From Candidatus Cloacimonadota bacterium (GTDB taxonomy: Bacteria > Cloacimonadota > Cloacimonadia > G963667145): DNA of 64,000 nucleotides. Numbering within the stretch: the first letter of the stretch is position 1; each line of letters opens with the position of its first letter. Position numbers and translations under genes: made by a program. The stretch is from assembly GCA_963667255.1 (NCBI GenBank), contig OY762940.1, positions 1,024,001 through 1,088,000 of the forward strand, written 5' to 3'. The notes beneath the pieces are model-generated. The model ran no database searches, was not told where the DNA came from, and saw only the letters and a list, made by a program, of their open reading frames with translations. This document shows, one piece after another, positions 60,829 to 64,000 of the stretch.

Positions 60829-61893
60829 TTACTTTCTCTCCTTTCCTACCACTTTGATGTTATAGTTTTTGAAAATTTCGCTACCCAAAATTGCGAATAA
60901 AATAATCCCTTGAGCGATAGTTCCCATAGATGCGGGCAGACCCATCAACATTTCCAACATCTCCGAAGCTGTGATGACAGCACTCATAAAGAGGGCATAA
61001 ACGACAATCCCAACTGGATTGGCACGGGCAAGCCAAGCAACGATAATTCCTGTGAAGCCGTAACCCATGGAAAGCTGGTGTTGCAGTTTATATTGAACTC
61101 CGGCAACTTCACTCATTCCGGCAAGTCCGGCAAGCAAGCCACTTACCAAAAAGACAGAAAACATAATTCTCTTAACATTGATTCCCGAGTAAGTTGCGGA
61201 TTTTGTGGACGCTCCTGTAATGCGAACTTTGTATCCCCACGAAGAGTATTTTATGAGCACATAGATAATGACAGTGGCTATTATGGCTAAAATCAAACCA
61301 GAGTGAACTCTCTCAAATCCAAGGAGAGGTAATTGTGCTTGCAGAGGGAATTCGGGTGTAAAAGGATAGTTGTCTTCATTTTTCCAAATACCGAAAATCA
61401 AATGGTCAACCAAATAAACAGCAACATAGTTTAGGAGCAGAGTTGTGATAATCTCGTCAACTTTGAACCGAATTTTTAGAACCGCAGGAATAAATGCCCA
61501 AAACGCACCTCCGATACCACCAGCGACAACCATTACAGTTAATTCGACAAATCTCGGCATAGTGGGCAAGTGCATTACTATGGCGGTAGCGAACATAGCT
61601 CCGATGTAGAGTTGTCCGTCGGCACCGATATTCCAAACCTTACTGGTGAGAGCTATACCAACAGCCAGCCCACAAAACAAAAGAGGAGTGGCTTTTACCA
61701 AAACTTCGCTTAGTCCGTATTCTGTAAAAAGAGTAGTGTCTATAGAGACCCAAAAAGCCTCAAGCGGATTTACACCTTTGAGAGCCACTATGATGCCGCA
61801 AACAATGAAAGCAATACAAATGGCAATCAAGGAGATACCTACATCCATTTTGGCACTTACTCTTTCTTTTTGGATTAATTTTAATTTCATCAT
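60829..61893 (-). CDS. Nucleoside/simple-sugar ABC transporter permease
   Basis: ATPLLFCGLAV, WNIGADGQ, EIITTLLLNY and GYGFTGIIVAWL motifs. Confidence 0.92.
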   Translation of the reverse strand: MMKLKLIQKERVSAKMDVGISLIAICIAFIVCGIIVALKGVNPLEAFWVSIDTTLFTEYGLSEVLVKATPLLFCGLAVGIALTSKVWNIGADGQLYIGAMFATAIVMHLPTMPRFVELTVMVVAGGIGGAFWAFIPAVLKIRFKVDEIITTLLLNYVAVYLVDHLIFGIWKNEDNYPFTPEFPLQAQLPLLGFERVHSGLILAIIATVIIYVLIKYSSWGYKVRITGASTKSATYSGINVKRIMFSVFLVSGLLAGLAGMSEVAGVQYKLQHQLSMGYGFTGIIVAWLARANPVGIVVYALFMSAVITASEMLEMLMGLPASMGTIAQGIILFAILGSEIFKNYNIKVVGKERK

Positions 61894-61907
61894 TAGTTAA
61901 GCTCCTT

Positions 61908-63428
61908 TTATTTATCCAAATCTTCTTGATGAGTTCCACTCATCATCAAACCGATTTCGCTGATGTCATATTCGCCGTTTTTGAACTGACCCATGAATTT
62001 TCCTTCATACATCACAGCCAACTTATCAGCAAGTCCGAAAAGCTCATCAAAATCGCTGGAAACCAATAAGATAGATTTCCCTTGATTCCGCAAATCCAAG
62101 AGTGCTTTTCTAACAAAATCTGTCGCACCTACATCCAAGCCTCTGGTAGGGTAGGAGCAGATAAAAAGGTCGCTTCCTGCTTCGATTTCCCGACCGATAA
62201 TAATTTTTTGCAGGTTTCCTCCGGAGAGCAAAACAGCAGGGAAGTTCATCCCGGGGTGCAAAACATCGTATTTTTTCAAAATATTGCAAGCGGTGTAATC
62301 TTTCAGTAAATTGATTCTTAAGAAATTTCTTTTTTGGTAGCCGGCTTTTCGATAAATTTTACTCACGGAATTTTCCCAAATAGGTCTATTCCCAGCCACT
62401 CCCACATTCACTCTGTCGCTGGGCACATAGCTGATTCCGGCATCTATTCTCTGGCAAATACTACAGTTTGAAATATCCTTTCCGTTAAGAGAAATTTTCC
62501 CCGATTTAATAGGTATAATTCCCATAATGGCTTCCATCAATTCAAGTTGTCCATTACCGGTAACACCAGCAATCCCCAAAATCTCGCCCTTTTTGATGTC
62601 GAAGCTGACATTGTCCACAGTAGGCACTCTCTCTCCGACAGTTAAATTTTCGACAGCGATAGTGCATTCAGAAGAATTAATCTCTTTGCGGTCGAAGATG
62701 ATTGTCTCTTTTTCCCCGACCATCATTACCGACAGTTCTTTGGGCTCAACATCTTTTGTAGCAATAGTGCCGATTTTGTCTCCTTTACGCATAACCGTAA
62801 TCGTGTCGGCAACTTTGAAAACTTCCGGCATTTTGTGAGTAATAAAGATTACACCCTTGCCAGTTGAGGCAATTTTTTTGAAAGTTTCCAACAAGTTGTC
62901 GGCTTCTTGCTTGGTAAGCACGGTGGTAGGTTCATCAACTATCAATACCTTTACATCGCGAACCAGCATTTTCAGAATTTCAGCTTTTTGTCTCACACCG
63001 ATAGGGACTTGGTCGCATCTGGCATCCCAATCAAGTTTGAAATCGAATTTTTTGGCATACTCCATGATTAACTCTTTGCGTTCTTTCATGTTAAGCCAAA
63101 CCTTATTCGAGGGCAAACCCAAAATTATATTTTCCAAAATGGTAAGACTGCCCACGAGGGAAAGTCTCTGGTGAACCATACCAATACCTTTTTGCAAGGC
63201 TTCACCAGGAAAATTTAATTTGAAAGGTTTTCCGTCAAATTCGATAGTGCCGGAATCTTGTTGGTAAACGCCTGTTAATATATTCATCAAAGTCGTTTTA
63301 CCGGCACCGTTTTCGCCGAGCAGGGCGTGAATCTCGCCCTTTTTGAGAACAAAATCAATATCGCTGTTGGCTTTGTTGCCAAAGAAACTTTTATTGATTT
63401 TATTCATTTTTACTAAAATGTCACTCAA
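61908..63428 (-). CDS. Nucleoside/simple-sugar ABC transporter ATP-binding protein (two NBDs)
   Basis: GENGAGKTT, DEPT, FITHK, LSGGNLQK and PTRGLDVGA motifs. Confidence 0.95.
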   Translation of the reverse strand: MSDILVKMNKINKSFFGNKANSDIDFVLKKGEIHALLGENGAGKTTLMNILTGVYQQDSGTIEFDGKPFKLNFPGEALQKGIGMVHQRLSLVGSLTILENIILGLPSNKVWLNMKERKELIMEYAKKFDFKLDWDARCDQVPIGVRQKAEILKMLVRDVKVLIVDEPTTVLTKQEADNLLETFKKIASTGKGVIFITHKMPEVFKVADTITVMRKGDKIGTIATKDVEPKELSVMMVGEKETIIFDRKEINSSECTIAVENLTVGERVPTVDNVSFDIKKGEILGIAGVTGNGQLELMEAIMGIIPIKSGKISLNGKDISNCSICQRIDAGISYVPSDRVNVGVAGNRPIWENSVSKIYRKAGYQKRNFLRINLLKDYTACNILKKYDVLHPGMNFPAVLLSGGNLQKIIIGREIEAGSDLFICSYPTRGLDVGATDFVRKALLDLRNQGKSILLVSSDFDELFGLADKLAVMYEGKFMGQFKNGEYDISEIGLMMSGTHQEDLDK

Positions 63429-63660
63429 ACTTCCTCCTAATCAAACAGTTATTAATCAAAATATTACAACATCTTGACCATACAAAGCAATGACAAAAAT
63501 AGTGGCAAGGAAAAATTCTAAATTTTGACCCCTCTATTTTTCGGACTAAAAATTCATATGTGATAAAAAAATCGTTAATATATTTAGTAAAAAATGTTTG
63601 ACATATAAAAAGGAATTTTCTCAAATTGACAAAGAAATATCACATAACAAGGAGATGATG

Positions 63661-64000
63661 ATGAGAAAAAGAGCAAAATTGTTTCTCACAGTTGTAGCGA
63701 TGCTTTCTTTGACAGTTAGTTTGATGGCTGCAGGTGTGGACGAATTGAGAGTAGGAGCGGTATATATTGGACCTGCTCGTGACGGTGGTTGGACTCAAGC
63801 CCACGATGATGGTATTGAGTCTTTGCGTGATTTGCCTTATGTAAAGAAAATCATGAAAAAAGAGGAAGTTCCGGAAAGTTCTGAAGCTAGTAAAGCTATG
63901 ACTCAAATGATCAAATTGGGAAAATGTAATCTTATTTTTGCCACTTCTTTTGGTTACATGGATCAATCTTTGGGTGTAGCTAAAGATAATCCAGATGTAG
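63661..64000 (+). CDS. BMP/PnrA-family ABC substrate-binding protein (partial; not in the ORF track)
   Basis: Manual translation gives MRKRAKLFLTVVAMLSLTVSLMAAGVDELRVGAVYIGPARDGGWTQAHDDG...IFATSFGYMD. AGGAG RBS; open to the window end. Confidence 0.9.
   Translation, partial: MRKRAKLFLTVVAMLSLTVSLMAAGVDELRVGAVYIGPARDGGWTQAHDDGIESLRDLPYVKKIMKKEEVPESSEASKAMTQMIKLGKCNLIFATSFGYMDQSLGVAKDNPDV

Noticed and set aside
1..64000. tRNA, rRNA, CRISPR arrays, IS elements, prophage or an alternative genetic code
   Set aside because: Intergenic gaps are at most about 230 bp and show no cloverleaf or repeat-spacer pattern. No transposase, integrase or phage gene is present, and TAA, TAG and TGA all end conserved genes at the expected positions.

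Overview
Gene-dense, AT-rich bacterial chromosomal window with about 59 CDS in the standard genetic code. I found no rRNA, tRNA, CRISPR array, transposase or integrase. The organism is diderm with LPS and probably anaerobic. The lpxC-fabZ fusion, DUF6588 outer-membrane protein and FlgD-Ig-tailed secreted protein suggest an FCB-related lineage such as Cloacimonadota (inference). Most content is housekeeping: gltX, greA, M18 aminopeptidase, moaC/mog, comEA, murI, priA, aroC, transketolase, an allantoinase-like amidohydrolase, rpmB-skp-lpxD-lpxC/fabZ-lpxA-ndk-ackA, gap-ffh, cyclophilin-aspS-parvulin-dGTPase-uppS-cdsA-rsmA-TPR-BatE-DUF1015, and a nucleoside-type ABC transporter with a divergent BMP binding protein cut by the window end. 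The most unusual features are: (1) a clostridial/fusobacterial-type guaB-purL-purE-purC-purF-purM-purN-purD block that lacks purH, has a one-base frameshift in purL that separates the catalytic His-Glu, and has an RBS-led mini-ORF with a palindrome at its right edge; (2) a SpoIIAA-like (STAS/SEC14)-TetR fusion regulator; (3) two paralogous membrane-anchored proteins built from 5-6 tandem CpoB/YbgF-like TPR modules; (4) a secreted 5'-nucleotidase-fold protein that has lost its metal ligands; (5) a lipoprotein cyclophilin with an ~80-aa insertion. I cannot support a claim of a wholly new multi-gene system from the sequence alone. All family calls are from motif recognition by eye; no database searches were run.
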